A stretch of 64,000 bases of DNA from an uncultured virus (IMG/VR IMGVR_UViG_3300035180_001708) (IMGVR_UViG_3300035180_001708), one strand, 5' to 3'. Positions 1 to 10,296 are shown, counted from the stretch's first letter. The notes: generated from the sequence alone by a model not told the origin. A program made the numbers and translations.

Positions 1-1433
1 GTAGACCGACCATCGTAGGCAATCATTGTTGTGCAGTTCTTGGCTACGTTACCGGAAATAACTGTGCCAGTATCGCCAGCAGTAGTTGACGTGGTACCAC
101 TTAGGTCAATGGCAATTGACTGACCGTCAAAGCTGTTGCCTGTAATAGTGACCCCTGTACTGGTGCCTGTGGCGTTGCCCATCCGGACACCCGATCGAGT
201 TCCTGTACCCTTGAAGGTATTGTCAGCAATTACAGCTGTAGACACACCGTCATAGCCAATTTGCCCAATGCCAAAACCACCCTCGAGCGACCCTTGGTTG
301 TTGTTTTCAAAGTGGTTTGAAACAACCTTGACTTGGCTTGCACCTTGGTCGAGAGTCAATCCCTCGAGTCCGTTTAACCGGAAGGTATTACCTATACAGG
401 TCAACCCGATCACCCCTGCGTTAGACAACCCAACACCATCGTTAGAGTCAAACAGAGTGTTAGTCACCATCAGTCGGGTAGTGGTCAGACCTGATGTAGC
501 GTCATAGCCAGTAGCAATGCCATTCTTGGCACTACCTGTCAACCGAGAGTTGCGAACTCGAGCGTCGGCCCCATACACAAACAGCAGAGTAGTATCAGTG
601 GTGTTTACAGCCTTCTGGCCGTCAATTGTTGGTCCGTCCAGGCTAAAGTAAGCCCCATAGACACGAAGCAAGTTGTTAGCAGTGTTAGTGCCTTTGCGGA
701 AAACTCCGTTGCCAACCAGAGCTACATTGTCTTGACCAACATCAACGTTGATTTGAGTATCACAACGCCAGATGCCTCCTGACGTGTCAATCGACCCACC
801 TCCGAGGCTAGCAACATAGTTCACAGCTTGTTTCACTCGCGTACTACAAGTAGTAGTGCCTGTAGGGTCTGCGCCCCAGTGCAGCAAGTGGACAGCAAAG
901 TCAGGAACCCAACCTGGCAAGTCACTAATAGCTGTGCCTGTGCCTAGATATCGGTAGACTTGACCACCGGCTCGCATAACTAGCCCTACTGCAGGAGTTC
1001 GTCCTGTAGCCCAGGTAACAAAATCAGAGCGAGTAGCAAAGTCTTGTCGTTCCAGAGTTGTTCTTGCAGCTACTGGATCGGTGATACCATAGCCTGCTAG
1101 AGTAGTTGGTCGACCCGTGACCCGAGCCCAGGTTGGAGCCACAGTAGCGTTGATAATCGTGTAGTCTAGAGACCAGACAGTACCGCCATCAGAGACAACC
1201 ACATCACCCTTGTCACCATCTGCCACACCACCTGCACCACCCGCAGGGGTAACCCAGGTTCCGTCGTCTCGTAGGTAGGTCAGCCCACTTCCACCAGAAG
1301 CGGGGACCAGCCCGTCAGCAGTACTTGTAAAGCGACCATAGGACGGTACGGTTTCAATGACAACTTCATCACCAGTCGTGTCGTTTAACACAACTGACTC
1401 TTGAGTATCATTAACATAGACAACTTCTGTCAT
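1..1433 (-). CDS. Tailspike / tail fibre with right-handed beta-helix (pectate-lyase-like) domain, runs off window edge
   Basis: Not in ORF track (open at edge). ATG at 1433 overlaps the upstream TGA. Manual translation MTEVVYVNDT...PTTLAGYGITD...HLLHWGADPTGTTTCSTRVKQAVN... followed by repeated 'ITGNSF/IADNTF/ISGNV' beta-helix rungs. Confidence 0.8.
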   Translation of the reverse strand, partial: MTEVVYVNDTQESVVLNDTTGDEVVIETVPSYGRFTSTADGLVPASGGSGLTYLRDDGTWVTPAGGAGGVADGDKGDVVVSDGGTVWSLDYTIINATVAPTWARVTGRPTTLAGYGITDPVAARTTLERQDFATRSDFVTWATGRTPAVGLVMRAGGQVYRYLGTGTAISDLPGWVPDFAVHLLHWGADPTGTTTCSTRVKQAVNYVASLGGGSIDTSGGIWRCDTQINVDVGQDNVALVGNGVFRKGTNTANNLLRVYGAYFSLDGPTIDGQKAVNTTDTTLLFVYGADARVRNSRLTGSAKNGIATGYDATSGLTTTRLMVTNTLFDSNDGVGLSNAGVIGLTCIGNTFRLNGLEGLTLDQGASQVKVVSNHFENNNQGSLEGGFGIGQIGYDGVSTAVIADNTFKGTGTRSGVRMGNATGTSTGVTITGNSFDGQSIAIDLSGTTSTTAGDTGTVISGNVAKNCTTMIAYDGRS

Positions 1434-1732
1434 TTAAGGTAAACTCCAATAGGACCGTAGCCACGACCATCGGACAAGATTACCCGAAACTGAACTTGAG
1501 CTCCTGTGCCTGATGGCCAGTTGCCCGACCAAGGACAGGTGATCCGCAACCGTCCGTTGGCTGCATCAGCAACGATCACAGTCATTGACGATTGTAGACT
1601 TGTTGGAGACACCTCGAACAGGGTCGCAGTCAACCCTACCAGCGAGATAGGGTTTCCTGTTACCTTGTCACGAATTAAAAGGTCTCGAGTAAAGTTTGCC
1701 CCTCGAGTGAGACGGTAGTAAACAATAGACAT
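1430..1732 (-). CDS. BppU-like baseplate / fibre adaptor protein
   Basis: RGANFTRDL...GNPISLVGLTA...DAANGRLRI pattern; directly upstream of tailspike. Confidence 0.55.
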   Translation of the reverse strand: MSIVYYRLTRGANFTRDLLIRDKVTGNPISLVGLTATLFEVSPTSLQSSMTVIVADAANGRLRITCPWSGNWPSGTGAQVQFRVILSDGRGYGPIGVYLK

Positions 1733-1749
1733 TGAGACCTTTCTTAGTC

Positions 1750-4700
1750 TTACGGACCAAAACCATAGCGATCGAAGCCAGGTTTCAGTGGAGCCAGAAT
1801 TTCTTCGGGAGTAAAGCCTTTGTCGAAAAACCCAAGTCGTTCAGCTTCGGCTAGGTACGAGTTGTACAATTCGCGGGGCAACCCGTCAGCCAACAGCGCA
1901 TCCATTGTCTTGCGAATGTTGTTAGACTCACGAGCACGAGCATAGACCCGGAACATGGCGTTGATGCCCTCGGGCAACTCGTTGATGTTCTGGAAGATAG
2001 CGTCGTGAATAGTCGACGTACCCATGTTGAGTTTTCGACCCTCGAGGTGGTAGCCACGAACCAGGGACGCGTCAAGAGCATGGTTGCCGTTAACGCCGAA
2101 GCCCAGTCGAACATCACCGATTTCGGCCTTGCCTAGTAGTTTGCCATCTTCCGCGTCCATCTGATAGATGTTACGGACGTAGCGACGAGACGCTGGGTCA
2201 TAGAACCGAATCTCTTGTTGGATCTTTGGTCGATAGTCTTGATACAGCTTCTTGCCGTCAAAGGTAACCCACGGAATACGAACTTTCTTGGTTGTACGAG
2301 CAAAGTCTGCCCCCACACGCTTCCAGAAGTCGATGTAGGTTTGAGTCACCGGAGCACGCTCGGCTAGTTTTTCAGACATCAGCTTAGCAATTTCACGGAA
2401 GTGATCGGGACCTAGAGCTACGTTGCGATTGTTCGAGTACTTACGAACTAAGTCAGCCACTGCGGGGTGAATTTCTTCAGCCTCGGCGAGAATAGCTGAC
2501 GCCTGAGCAGCGTCTCCTGTGTTGATGATCTCGAGCAACTCTTTCTTTATAGCTAAGAGGTCTACCTTAGTTTCGAGAGCGCCAAGAGCCTCGGCTTCCT
2601 TTGCTTTCTTGTCAATTTCCTTCGTGATAGCCAGAAATTCAGCCCGAGTGGTAACAAGAATGTCTTTTTTACGCAACACCTTTGCTAGCTCTAGAGCCAC
2701 ACGAGCAGTTTGCCCTGTTTGTCCAGCACCATAGAAGGCAATCATGACCTGGTACTTAGACGCCTTTGACAGGTCTTCCCAGGTCAACTTCAATCCTAGA
2801 TCGTCCATTAGTTGCTGGAAGCGGGGGTCAGCAACCACGTCTTGAGCAACGAGGTCATAGATCCGCATCTTACGCGTTGTTGGCAACACATTGCTCGTCA
2901 ACGCTGCCAGTCGGTTTCCCGTTGACAACGAGATGACCTGCAACCCGCTAGCACTAGCGTCAGCTTCACCCATCAACTTAGTCTTGTAGCCCGCTAGGCT
3001 GACTGCATCGAACCGACCACCTGTAGCCTGGTGGATACGATAGTACTCGAGACTAAATCTAGCAATCTTGGCAACCTCTTCCCCGTCGATGGATTGGATA
3101 AAGGGGTCGTCAAGGAACTCACGCAGTCGACGATCTCGTTGAGTAGTCTCGGAGATCAACCGACCAACACGAAGAATTGCCTCCTCGTTGTCTCGGAAAA
3201 TCTGCAACCGCCCAGCGTCAGTCAAGGCCTCTGTGGCAGGCCCGATTACAGCAGCGAGCTGAATACGAATCTGATGCAGCCCCTCGGGTGTCATGGCTGT
3301 AGCTTCGGCTGAGTTCAGGAAAGGGCGAACAACCTCTCCGCCAGTAGGAGTGAGGTAGCCATTGTAGTATACACGACCCCGTCCATCAATCCTAGCCATT
3401 GCACGGAAACGACGACCTGTGGCGCGATAGTAGCGAAGGGCTTCCATGAGTCCATAACCTTGGTCACCACGTCTAATAATCTCCTCTCTAAAGGTGTTCA
3501 GCTCGTCGTAGTGAGCGGCTGCACCGCGATTGTCTTTGAAGCGGACAAGATCGTCCATGAAACTTGTAAACTCAGGGTCTACTTCATATTCCAGTGACAT
3601 GGTATGGTTTAACATGTCCGAGAAGTCACCGTCAATTTGCTTTGCATCAAAGTTAGCCTGAGCTGACCGGGTAATTAGGCTGATGCCTGAGTCTTTCCCC
3701 CGTGAGTTAACATAGGTCTTTCGACCAGGAACAACAACGTAGCGGTTCTCTGGGCGGTCGATGCCGAAGCGATTAGCTAGCTCTAGACGACGATTGTTTG
3801 ACTGCAGTCGTAGCATGTCTGGGTCAAGAACTTGAACTTCACGAGAAACAGTGTCTTTCCAGGCTCCTGACGCTCGGTTAGTTTCAAGGTCGATGACAGC
3901 TCGTCGAGTTACCCCTCGGCTGTTGATACGGATCAACCCCTGGGATCGCATGTACTCAAGGATCTTAGACCCTTCTTCATGATAGTCTTGCAGGCTATGT
4001 CCTAGGTAAGGAACAATGTCACCCCAGGAATCAGCAACTTCACGACCGAGACTAATTGCCAGCGAGTCGTAGTCAGTGGTTCGGCCCTCTGCAACAATGC
4101 GGAACATACGAGCGAGGTTAGACACAGACCGACCCTCTAGATCACGAAGGTTAGTCTTCAAGAAGTCACGCCACAAGTGGAAACGAAGAAACTCCAGGTC
4201 GATGATCGATTGATACTTTTCCTTGATTGTGCGAGTAGCAAAGTCCATGAACCCTTCTTCGTACACAGCTCTAAGGTCCTTGTACCAACCTGGTGTAAAG
4301 AAGCCCTTGATCTCATCGAGTATAATCTTCTTGATTGCAGGAGGCGTCTTGCCATAACGAGTATAGAATTCGAGGGGGTTGTTACGATAGAACACAGACC
4401 GAATAGTACGCTTGAAGAAAGAGTCCTTGACTCGGTCAACAATAGACTTAGGTTTATCAGGCTGGTCAAAAAAGTACGCCTTCCAGGGCGATCGGCCTGT
4501 GTAGTACATGCGACGAGCAAGAGCAGTACCCTGGTCAGCTGTCCAGTCCTGAGCATACAACTCATAAGACCGACGGTTAGCGAGCAAGTCTTCGATCGAG
4601 ATAGTCTCACCACCAATTTGTACACTAGGTTGTGATGGATCACCACGGAACCCAAGGAACAGGCTGTCACGAGCCCGAGACCGGCGGTCCAACAGTCGAG

Positions 4701-6264
4701 AAACGTTGACCACAGAGTAGTTAGTCTCTGCTCGGAAGGTAGCCTGGAAGTCCTCCCAGGGAACAGGAGTCTTCTGGTAGCGTTCAAACACCACACGAAG
4801 AGTTTCTGTGACAACAGACTGTTGATTGACTGACACACGATCGGTCAGCGACTCAACAAAGTTCTCAATGAAGGCTTTTTGTCGACGATCAAGCAGCTTA
4901 GACTGCTGCATGTAGTCGAGTCGTTCACGATACAGAGTAAAGTCAGGGTTGTAGTAGTACGAAGAGCGAACTTCTCCCGTGAAGGGATCGAAGGTAGAGT
5001 TACGAGGGTCAAACTCATTAGTTGACGCAAAGCGAACTCCCCGTTTACCCGCAAGAGACGTACCCCGGTAGTCCACAAGAGACAGGGGTTGTCCTGCATT
5101 GGTAGTATCTGTGATAATCATCTTTGTCAGCTCGTCTGCTGCACGGGTTGACCGTACTAGCTGAAACGGGCGAGACACAGACACTAGACCGTCAAGAGTA
5201 GGAGCGACTGTAGCTGTACCCTCTAGCCCGAAGAACGTAGCAAGGTTGTCCTTGACACGCAACACAGACAGGCTAATCGGATTGCCACGAGCTGTGAAGA
5301 AGTCAGACATTGACAAGGTACCACGCTCAAACAGTCCTACTCGTTCCTCTGTTCCTAGGTGAGACAGCTTAGTAGACATGGACTGACGACGAAGCCAGTC
5401 AGTAAAGGACTCCTTGGCAGGGGCGAGACCGTTCAGTCGGGTCTCGTCAACAGCCTCAAGAGCAGTATGGTTCAACCAGGGAGACTGTACCGAGCGCAAC
5501 ACAGACTTAGCCTTGACAGTCAACACTAGGGTAGAGCGACAGTTCCAGTGCAGAGGGGGTACTACCTTGAGGTTGTCAGGAGTCTGAACCAACCCGTCTG
5601 TAGTTGCACAAATAGAGCTAGTGCGAGAGTCAAGGATAGCGGTGAAGACAAGCCCAGCAATCAGGTCACTGTTAGCCTGAGCTACACGACGCTTTATGAG
5701 TGACTCTGCCTGAGTAAAGTTAGTGACCACCAAGGTCTTGGCCTGAGCCTCGGTCAACCGACTAGTACGGATAATGTCGTCGATCAACTCACGTTCGGTG
5801 GTGCCTGCCACAATGCCACGCCGTACTCTGGCGTTGATACGAGTCAGCTCGTCCGACCCTGCACGGTTAAGGTTCTCGAACAAAGTACCGTGCTCAGTGG
5901 ACGTGTTAGACAACCGAAGAGGGGTTCGGGTAATGTCACGAGCTAACTCACCACGATTAACCGACTGGACCTTGAAGAAGTCACGAACAGAGCGAGACAG
6001 ACTGTTAACTTGAAAGTCAAGTTCAGCCCCCACAAAGTCGTCAATTGCTGACCGACCAATGCCATAAAGCTGTTGTACGTGGCGAGTAACTTCACGCTCT
6101 AGGTCGAGAGACAGCGAAGGGGGTTTAGTACGAAACAGTCGAGACAAGAAGCCACGGTGGGCTGCAGCTTCTCGTTCGATCAAAAGTTTTGCTGCGTCTT
6201 GGTAGCGTCTCGTCAGGATAAGATGTTCAACTTGTCGGTCAAACAAGTCCTGGTTAATAGACAT
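1750..6264 (-). CDS. MuF (SPP1 gp7-like) minor head protein domain fused to T7-family single-subunit RNA polymerase
   Basis: N-term FTAILDSRTSSICATTDG...PPLHWNCRSTL (MuF signature). C-term IDGRGRVY, EADASASGLQ (motif A), KYQVMIAFYG (motif B), NGNHALDAS, TIHDAI (motif C). Confidence 0.9.
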   Translation of the reverse strand: MSINQDLFDRQVEHLILTRRYQDAAKLLIEREAAAHRGFLSRLFRTKPPSLSLDLEREVTRHVQQLYGIGRSAIDDFVGAELDFQVNSLSRSVRDFFKVQSVNRGELARDITRTPLRLSNTSTEHGTLFENLNRAGSDELTRINARVRRGIVAGTTERELIDDIIRTSRLTEAQAKTLVVTNFTQAESLIKRRVAQANSDLIAGLVFTAILDSRTSSICATTDGLVQTPDNLKVVPPLHWNCRSTLVLTVKAKSVLRSVQSPWLNHTALEAVDETRLNGLAPAKESFTDWLRRQSMSTKLSHLGTEERVGLFERGTLSMSDFFTARGNPISLSVLRVKDNLATFFGLEGTATVAPTLDGLVSVSRPFQLVRSTRAADELTKMIITDTTNAGQPLSLVDYRGTSLAGKRGVRFASTNEFDPRNSTFDPFTGEVRSSYYYNPDFTLYRERLDYMQQSKLLDRRQKAFIENFVESLTDRVSVNQQSVVTETLRVVFERYQKTPVPWEDFQATFRAETNYSVVNVSRLLDRRSRARDSLFLGFRGDPSQPSVQIGGETISIEDLLANRRSYELYAQDWTADQGTALARRMYYTGRSPWKAYFFDQPDKPKSIVDRVKDSFFKRTIRSVFYRNNPLEFYTRYGKTPPAIKKIILDEIKGFFTPGWYKDLRAVYEEGFMDFATRTIKEKYQSIIDLEFLRFHLWRDFLKTNLRDLEGRSVSNLARMFRIVAEGRTTDYDSLAISLGREVADSWGDIVPYLGHSLQDYHEEGSKILEYMRSQGLIRINSRGVTRRAVIDLETNRASGAWKDTVSREVQVLDPDMLRLQSNNRRLELANRFGIDRPENRYVVVPGRKTYVNSRGKDSGISLITRSAQANFDAKQIDGDFSDMLNHTMSLEYEVDPEFTSFMDDLVRFKDNRGAAAHYDELNTFREEIIRRGDQGYGLMEALRYYRATGRRFRAMARIDGRGRVYYNGYLTPTGGEVVRPFLNSAEATAMTPEGLHQIRIQLAAVIGPATEALTDAGRLQIFRDNEEAILRVGRLISETTQRDRRLREFLDDPFIQSIDGEEVAKIARFSLEYYRIHQATGGRFDAVSLAGYKTKLMGEADASASGLQVISLSTGNRLAALTSNVLPTTRKMRIYDLVAQDVVADPRFQQLMDDLGLKLTWEDLSKASKYQVMIAFYGAGQTGQTARVALELAKVLRKKDILVTTRAEFLAITKEIDKKAKEAEALGALETKVDLLAIKKELLEIINTGDAAQASAILAEAEEIHPAVADLVRKYSNNRNVALGPDHFREIAKLMSEKLAERAPVTQTYIDFWKRVGADFARTTKKVRIPWVTFDGKKLYQDYRPKIQQEIRFYDPASRRYVRNIYQMDAEDGKLLGKAEIGDVRLGFGVNGNHALDASLVRGYHLEGRKLNMGTSTIHDAIFQNINELPEGINAMFRVYARARESNNIRKTMDALLADGLPRELYNSYLAEAERLGFFDKGFTPEEILAPLKPGFDRYGFGP
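2542..2560 (-). promoter_or_regulatory. Class B phage promoter-like motif inside the MuF-RNAP gene
   Basis: Minus strand CCTCTTAGCTATAAAGAAA; first 18 nt identical to the copies at 10363-10380 and 37849-37866; points toward tail genes. Confidence 0.65.
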
Positions 6265-6274
6265 AGGTGGTTCC

Positions 6275-7564
6275 TTATGCGTAGATGAGATTCAATCCTA
6301 GGATGTCTGCGGCAGCAATGGCTGTAGTATCAGTGTCAACAACTCCGCCTGAGATACCAAAGGCGATACCTGTACCGAGATACAACCCAATCGATGAGAA
6401 GTCTCGAATAAACATAGAGTTAGGGGGCAACACAAAGGTCAATACAGGGCTATCAGTGCCAACAGTAGGAGCAGACGCCTTGTTGTAGATCTTTAGGTAA
6501 CGACGAGTAGCCGACGCGTTGTAACAGTCGATAGTGTACAGCCGACCAGCGCTAGCCTTTACAGAGTTGGGGTTAGTTGTAGCCAACGATGAAAACAAGC
6601 TGAAGGTCGACGTCAACCCACCAGCTACAGCTTCAACTCGAAGCGAGGCAGGAGCCAGGGCGGACGCAGTTACCTGAACAGGCAGACTGTCACTAAGGTC
6701 TGAACGACCAGAGTAGCGGCTAAAGTCAACCGACATACGGTAGTCGTCCTGGACGCTGATAGCATGAACTCGCCAGCTGGTAGAGCTCGCGGGAGCAGTT
6801 GACCCGTTGATACAGCGAATACGAATCTTGTACAGCTTGGTCGGGTCAGGAATACCACCAGTACGTTTACCACCAACAAAACTAGTAGTAGCCGCGTCAA
6901 CAAACTTACTAGTAAACACAACCTGGTCAGTGTCAGCCACAATTTCATACATCCAGCTGTGGATGAAGTCAGGGGTTGTACCCGTGGCGGCAGTGGTACC
7001 AAAGTTGAAGTTCGACGAGACGTACTCGCTAATGCCATAGCCACGAGTCACGTAGTTAGCAACAGCCACAGCAGTACCTGTCCAGCGATAACCAAACAGG
7101 TTAGTTGCGTTCTCAGTCACAGTTCCAGGAAAAGTAGTGTCTGTCTCCACAGCACCGGTAGAGTCAACAGAGACCAACTCTACGTGGAAGGTGGTGTTGG
7201 CAATGCGCTGAGACGCTGACACAGCAACACTGAACTTCAATGGCATGGTAAACGTGTCAACTGACAGCAGCACGGTCTCAGACCCGGCAGTAGTTCCTGC
7301 AGCAATGTTCAGGTAACGGCTAGAGTTAGCTGTACCGTTAACAGTCACTGCTTGGCCTGCTCCCGTTGCAACAGTTACCCACCGAGCAGGGTCAAGCGTC
7401 ATGAAGGCTTCACGATACGAGACCCGGCTGGTGGTGGTCATGGACTCGACATCACTGGCCAGTACAACAGGCAACGAGTCTGCTGCAAGCTTCTGACCAG
7501 TCGAGTCGGCCTTGGCTGCTGTCGTAAACGCTCCATTTGCGTCCTTGATTAGAATTGTAGACAT
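6275..7564 (-). CDS. Putative virion structural protein (beta-rich, Thr/Ala/Ser-rich)
   Basis: 429-aa ORF in late operon between portal and MuF-RNAP; composition typical of virion appendage proteins. Confidence 0.55.
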   Translation of the reverse strand: MSTILIKDANGAFTTAAKADSTGQKLAADSLPVVLASDVESMTTTSRVSYREAFMTLDPARWVTVATGAGQAVTVNGTANSSRYLNIAAGTTAGSETVLLSVDTFTMPLKFSVAVSASQRIANTTFHVELVSVDSTGAVETDTTFPGTVTENATNLFGYRWTGTAVAVANYVTRGYGISEYVSSNFNFGTTAATGTTPDFIHSWMYEIVADTDQVVFTSKFVDAATTSFVGGKRTGGIPDPTKLYKIRIRCINGSTAPASSTSWRVHAISVQDDYRMSVDFSRYSGRSDLSDSLPVQVTASALAPASLRVEAVAGGLTSTFSLFSSLATTNPNSVKASAGRLYTIDCYNASATRRYLKIYNKASAPTVGTDSPVLTFVLPPNSMFIRDFSSIGLYLGTGIAFGISGGVVDTDTTAIAAADILGLNLIYA

Positions 7565-7768
7565 TTATACTCCTTGCCCAACGTCCGGGTAACAGGTAGC
7601 GGTTGCCACCGGAATGTTAGCCGCCTTAGCGGACTCTAGTTGCGTTGAGAGCAGCAGTTGACAGTCAGTTAGAGACAGCAGCTCGGGGTTAATTGATACA
7701 TTACAAGTAGTTGCCGAGTCACCTGTGCACCACAGAAAAACAGCTAAAAACAGAGGGGTCATGGTCAT
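7565..7768 (-). CDS. Small Cys-containing secreted/membrane protein
   Basis: Hydrophobic N-terminus, four Cys; start overlaps portal stop. Confidence 0.5.
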   Translation of the reverse strand: MTMTPLFLAVFLWCTGDSATTCNVSINPELLSLTDCQLLLSTQLESAKAANIPVATATCYPDVGQGV

Positions 7769-9333
7769 TGATTCTCCTGAATTGACACTCTTTCGTTGGC
7801 AGGAAGCAGGGCGTCTTGTTGAATTTCGGCCACCCCGTCATCATCGGAGTAGTCGGAAGGTATGATATCGTGTTGCTTAGCAATTGCGAGCCACACAGAC
7901 CGGGGAATCAATCTGTTCTGATACCATTCTGTAGCAAGTCTCGCCCACTCAGCACCAAGAGGCGCAGGGTTAAAGTCACTCGACAACTTGAAGTCAAGAT
8001 CTGTCATGTCCAGCTCAGTACCATACTTCCAACGAAGCATAGTCTCAATGACGTACTTCATTGTCGTCGAGACCTTCATGTTGATCACAGCCAACTGAGA
8101 CGTCACACTCGAGTTACGAATCTCGAGAGCAATACCCGAGTCAGCTCCAGACCCGTGACCAGACTCAGGAGACAACAACCGTAGCCCCATGCGCATCATG
8201 TCCGCCACAGCTGATTCAATGGATCGCTCCATGTCAGACAGCGCTGCCGTGGGAGTGGCAACACTATCGATCTTGTCTTCACGATTCAGCTTGATCCAGG
8301 TACCCAGCCCAGCGGACACAATACCCTGAAAGTCCTCGTTCGACATGTCCGAGAACACCACAGGAGTAAACGTTGACGCCCCGTACATCAGATGGTTACG
8401 ACGAGACAACTTGTTGTACAACGCCACTTCCCGGTCGATGACAGGAGTCAAGAAAGGAATCTCGAGAGACACTTCCCCGGACAGCGGGTAAATAGGCAAG
8501 TAGTTGACCAACTGACCCCCCATCACGGGTTGCGACTGAGACACCAGCTGCCAGGCATCGGAGCCAGACACTGACCCTGGAATCTGCAGTGTTCCCGATT
8601 GAACGTCAGCAACAGTGGTTCCCACACGATGATAGGTATCAACAGTGTAGTTACCAGACTCGTCGAGGTAATGGTCAGCAGCAACAACCTTCAACACAGG
8701 GTGGAACACCGACACAGCCGGGTCATAGTCCTTGACCAGGTAGCGAAACACAACACGAGACAACCGGACCTTGGACGTGACCGGGTCACGAGTGGTCTGC
8801 CAGTTAATCACGTCCTCGGCTCGCCACAACACAGGGTACGGGAACAGTTGATCACGGTCCTGGGACGACAGTCCAACATAGTCCTCGACCACAGGAAAGT
8901 CAATTGACACCCAGCCTCGGGATGTCACCAACTCTTCCCAGATCGCTGCGTCCAGAAACGCAAACAACGACCGACCGTCCTCGGTGAACCGATTACGCAG
9001 CCAGTCCTCGGCGTCTGCTGGGACTGACGCGGGTAACTCTAGCTGAGGTTTCTTCCTCAACAGCCCTCCAGCAAGGATCTTGGCATACTGAGACACTAGC
9101 CCCGGCAGCTCGGCCTCGGAAACATACCAACGGTAGTGTTCGGGAGACATTCGAGGGCTGAACGGGACAAGCAAGTTTGTATAGTTGACTGTATCTAGGA
9201 TCTCATCATGGGCCTTGGCGTACAGCTCGCCATTGACGACTGCACGAGAACGACGCCACAGGGACTCCATGGACTCGTACTCGTAGCAGGGCGTCCCCAC
9301 GGTCACCCGACCGGTTGGAAAAACTAGGCTCAC
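7765..9333 (-). CDS. Portal protein (DUF4055-like)
   Basis: 522 aa; GGLLRKKPQLELP...EDGRSL...RGWVSIDFP...YPVLWRAEDVINW, typical of DUF4055 portals; upstream of MuF gene. Confidence 0.8.
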   Translation of the reverse strand: MSLVFPTGRVTVGTPCYEYESMESLWRRSRAVVNGELYAKAHDEILDTVNYTNLLVPFSPRMSPEHYRWYVSEAELPGLVSQYAKILAGGLLRKKPQLELPASVPADAEDWLRNRFTEDGRSLFAFLDAAIWEELVTSRGWVSIDFPVVEDYVGLSSQDRDQLFPYPVLWRAEDVINWQTTRDPVTSKVRLSRVVFRYLVKDYDPAVSVFHPVLKVVAADHYLDESGNYTVDTYHRVGTTVADVQSGTLQIPGSVSGSDAWQLVSQSQPVMGGQLVNYLPIYPLSGEVSLEIPFLTPVIDREVALYNKLSRRNHLMYGASTFTPVVFSDMSNEDFQGIVSAGLGTWIKLNREDKIDSVATPTAALSDMERSIESAVADMMRMGLRLLSPESGHGSGADSGIALEIRNSSVTSQLAVINMKVSTTMKYVIETMLRWKYGTELDMTDLDFKLSSDFNPAPLGAEWARLATEWYQNRLIPRSVWLAIAKQHDIIPSDYSDDDGVAEIQQDALLPANERVSIQENQ

Positions 9334-9632
9334 AGCGAGTCATCCGACCAGACTACAGCGGCTGACCCAGTCAACGTTCGTGCAAACACTCGCTTGCCAA
9401 CCACAGCAGGGTTAAGGTCAGTCAACAGTCGACCGTGCAGTGGAGGGTCAGTCGGGCGAAACACATGACCAAGGTCAGAAGCCGCGGGAGGGGTTGCAGT
9501 CGTAGTGACAACAAGAATAACTCCGGCTTGATTACCGGACAGCCAGGTCATGGACGCCTTGGTGCAGTCAGCGTTAGTCAACTCGGTCCAGGTCGAACTG
9601 GACAATTGGTGTACATAGGTGTTACGTGCCAT
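9330..9632 (-). CDS. Hypothetical protein (late operon)
   Basis: Overlap-coupled with phoH and portal. Confidence 0.6.
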   Translation of the reverse strand: MARNTYVHQLSSSTWTELTNADCTKASMTWLSGNQAGVILVVTTTATPPAASDLGHVFRPTDPPLHGRLLTDLNPAVVGKRVFARTLTGSAAVVWSDDSL

Positions 9633-10296
9633 GGGATGCTCCTTCGTGTAGCATGAAGGTTCGGACCAGAGTTGCTACTAGGTCGGAACGAACGATATCG
9701 TCAACAGTGAATTTAATAATAGGAATTTCAGTCTCGAGTCCGTAGTGGTGGACCAGCCCCTCAAACTCGGACAGTCCCGAGTCACGAATGTCACGTTGCA
9801 TGGGGTCACCCATCAACACCATCCTTGACCCTTCACCGATGCGGGTGGTCACAGCCTTGACTTCCTCGTAGTCTAGATTCTGGGCTTCATCAACAAGAAC
9901 AACAGAGTCCTCGAACGAGGTACCGCGAATAGTCTCGAGAGGGACATAGACAATAGACCCTGAGTGGACCTTTGAATCGTAGTTGGTTGCTCCTAGACGA
10001 GACCGAGCTACTCCAATCATGGGGGCCAACCAGGGTTCTAGTTTCTCAGTTACAGTTCCGGGAAAGAAGCCTAGGGATCGACCAGTAGGAGCATTGGTTC
10101 GAGTAAAAACAAGTTGTCGAGCTTGACCTGACAACAAGAGATTAACAGCAGCGTTAACAGCACACCATGTCTTACCAACACCCGCAGGGCCAATGGCGAT
10201 TGTCAGCTGAGAACGAGTAATTGCTCTCAACAAACGATCTTGATTGACAGTCTTGGGTTGAATATGAGACGGGGTGTTATCACGATTATTTCTCAT
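9622..10296 (-). CDS. phoH: PhoH-family ATPase
   Basis: GPAGVGKT, LGFFPG, RGTSF, VDEAQN, TRIGEGS, GDPMQRD, DIVRS motifs. Confidence 0.95.
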   Translation of the reverse strand: MRNNRDNTPSHIQPKTVNQDRLLRAITRSQLTIAIGPAGVGKTWCAVNAAVNLLLSGQARQLVFTRTNAPTGRSLGFFPGTVTEKLEPWLAPMIGVARSRLGATNYDSKVHSGSIVYVPLETIRGTSFEDSVVLVDEAQNLDYEEVKAVTTRIGEGSRMVLMGDPMQRDIRDSGLSEFEGLVHHYGLETEIPIIKFTVDDIVRSDLVATLVRTFMLHEGASHGT

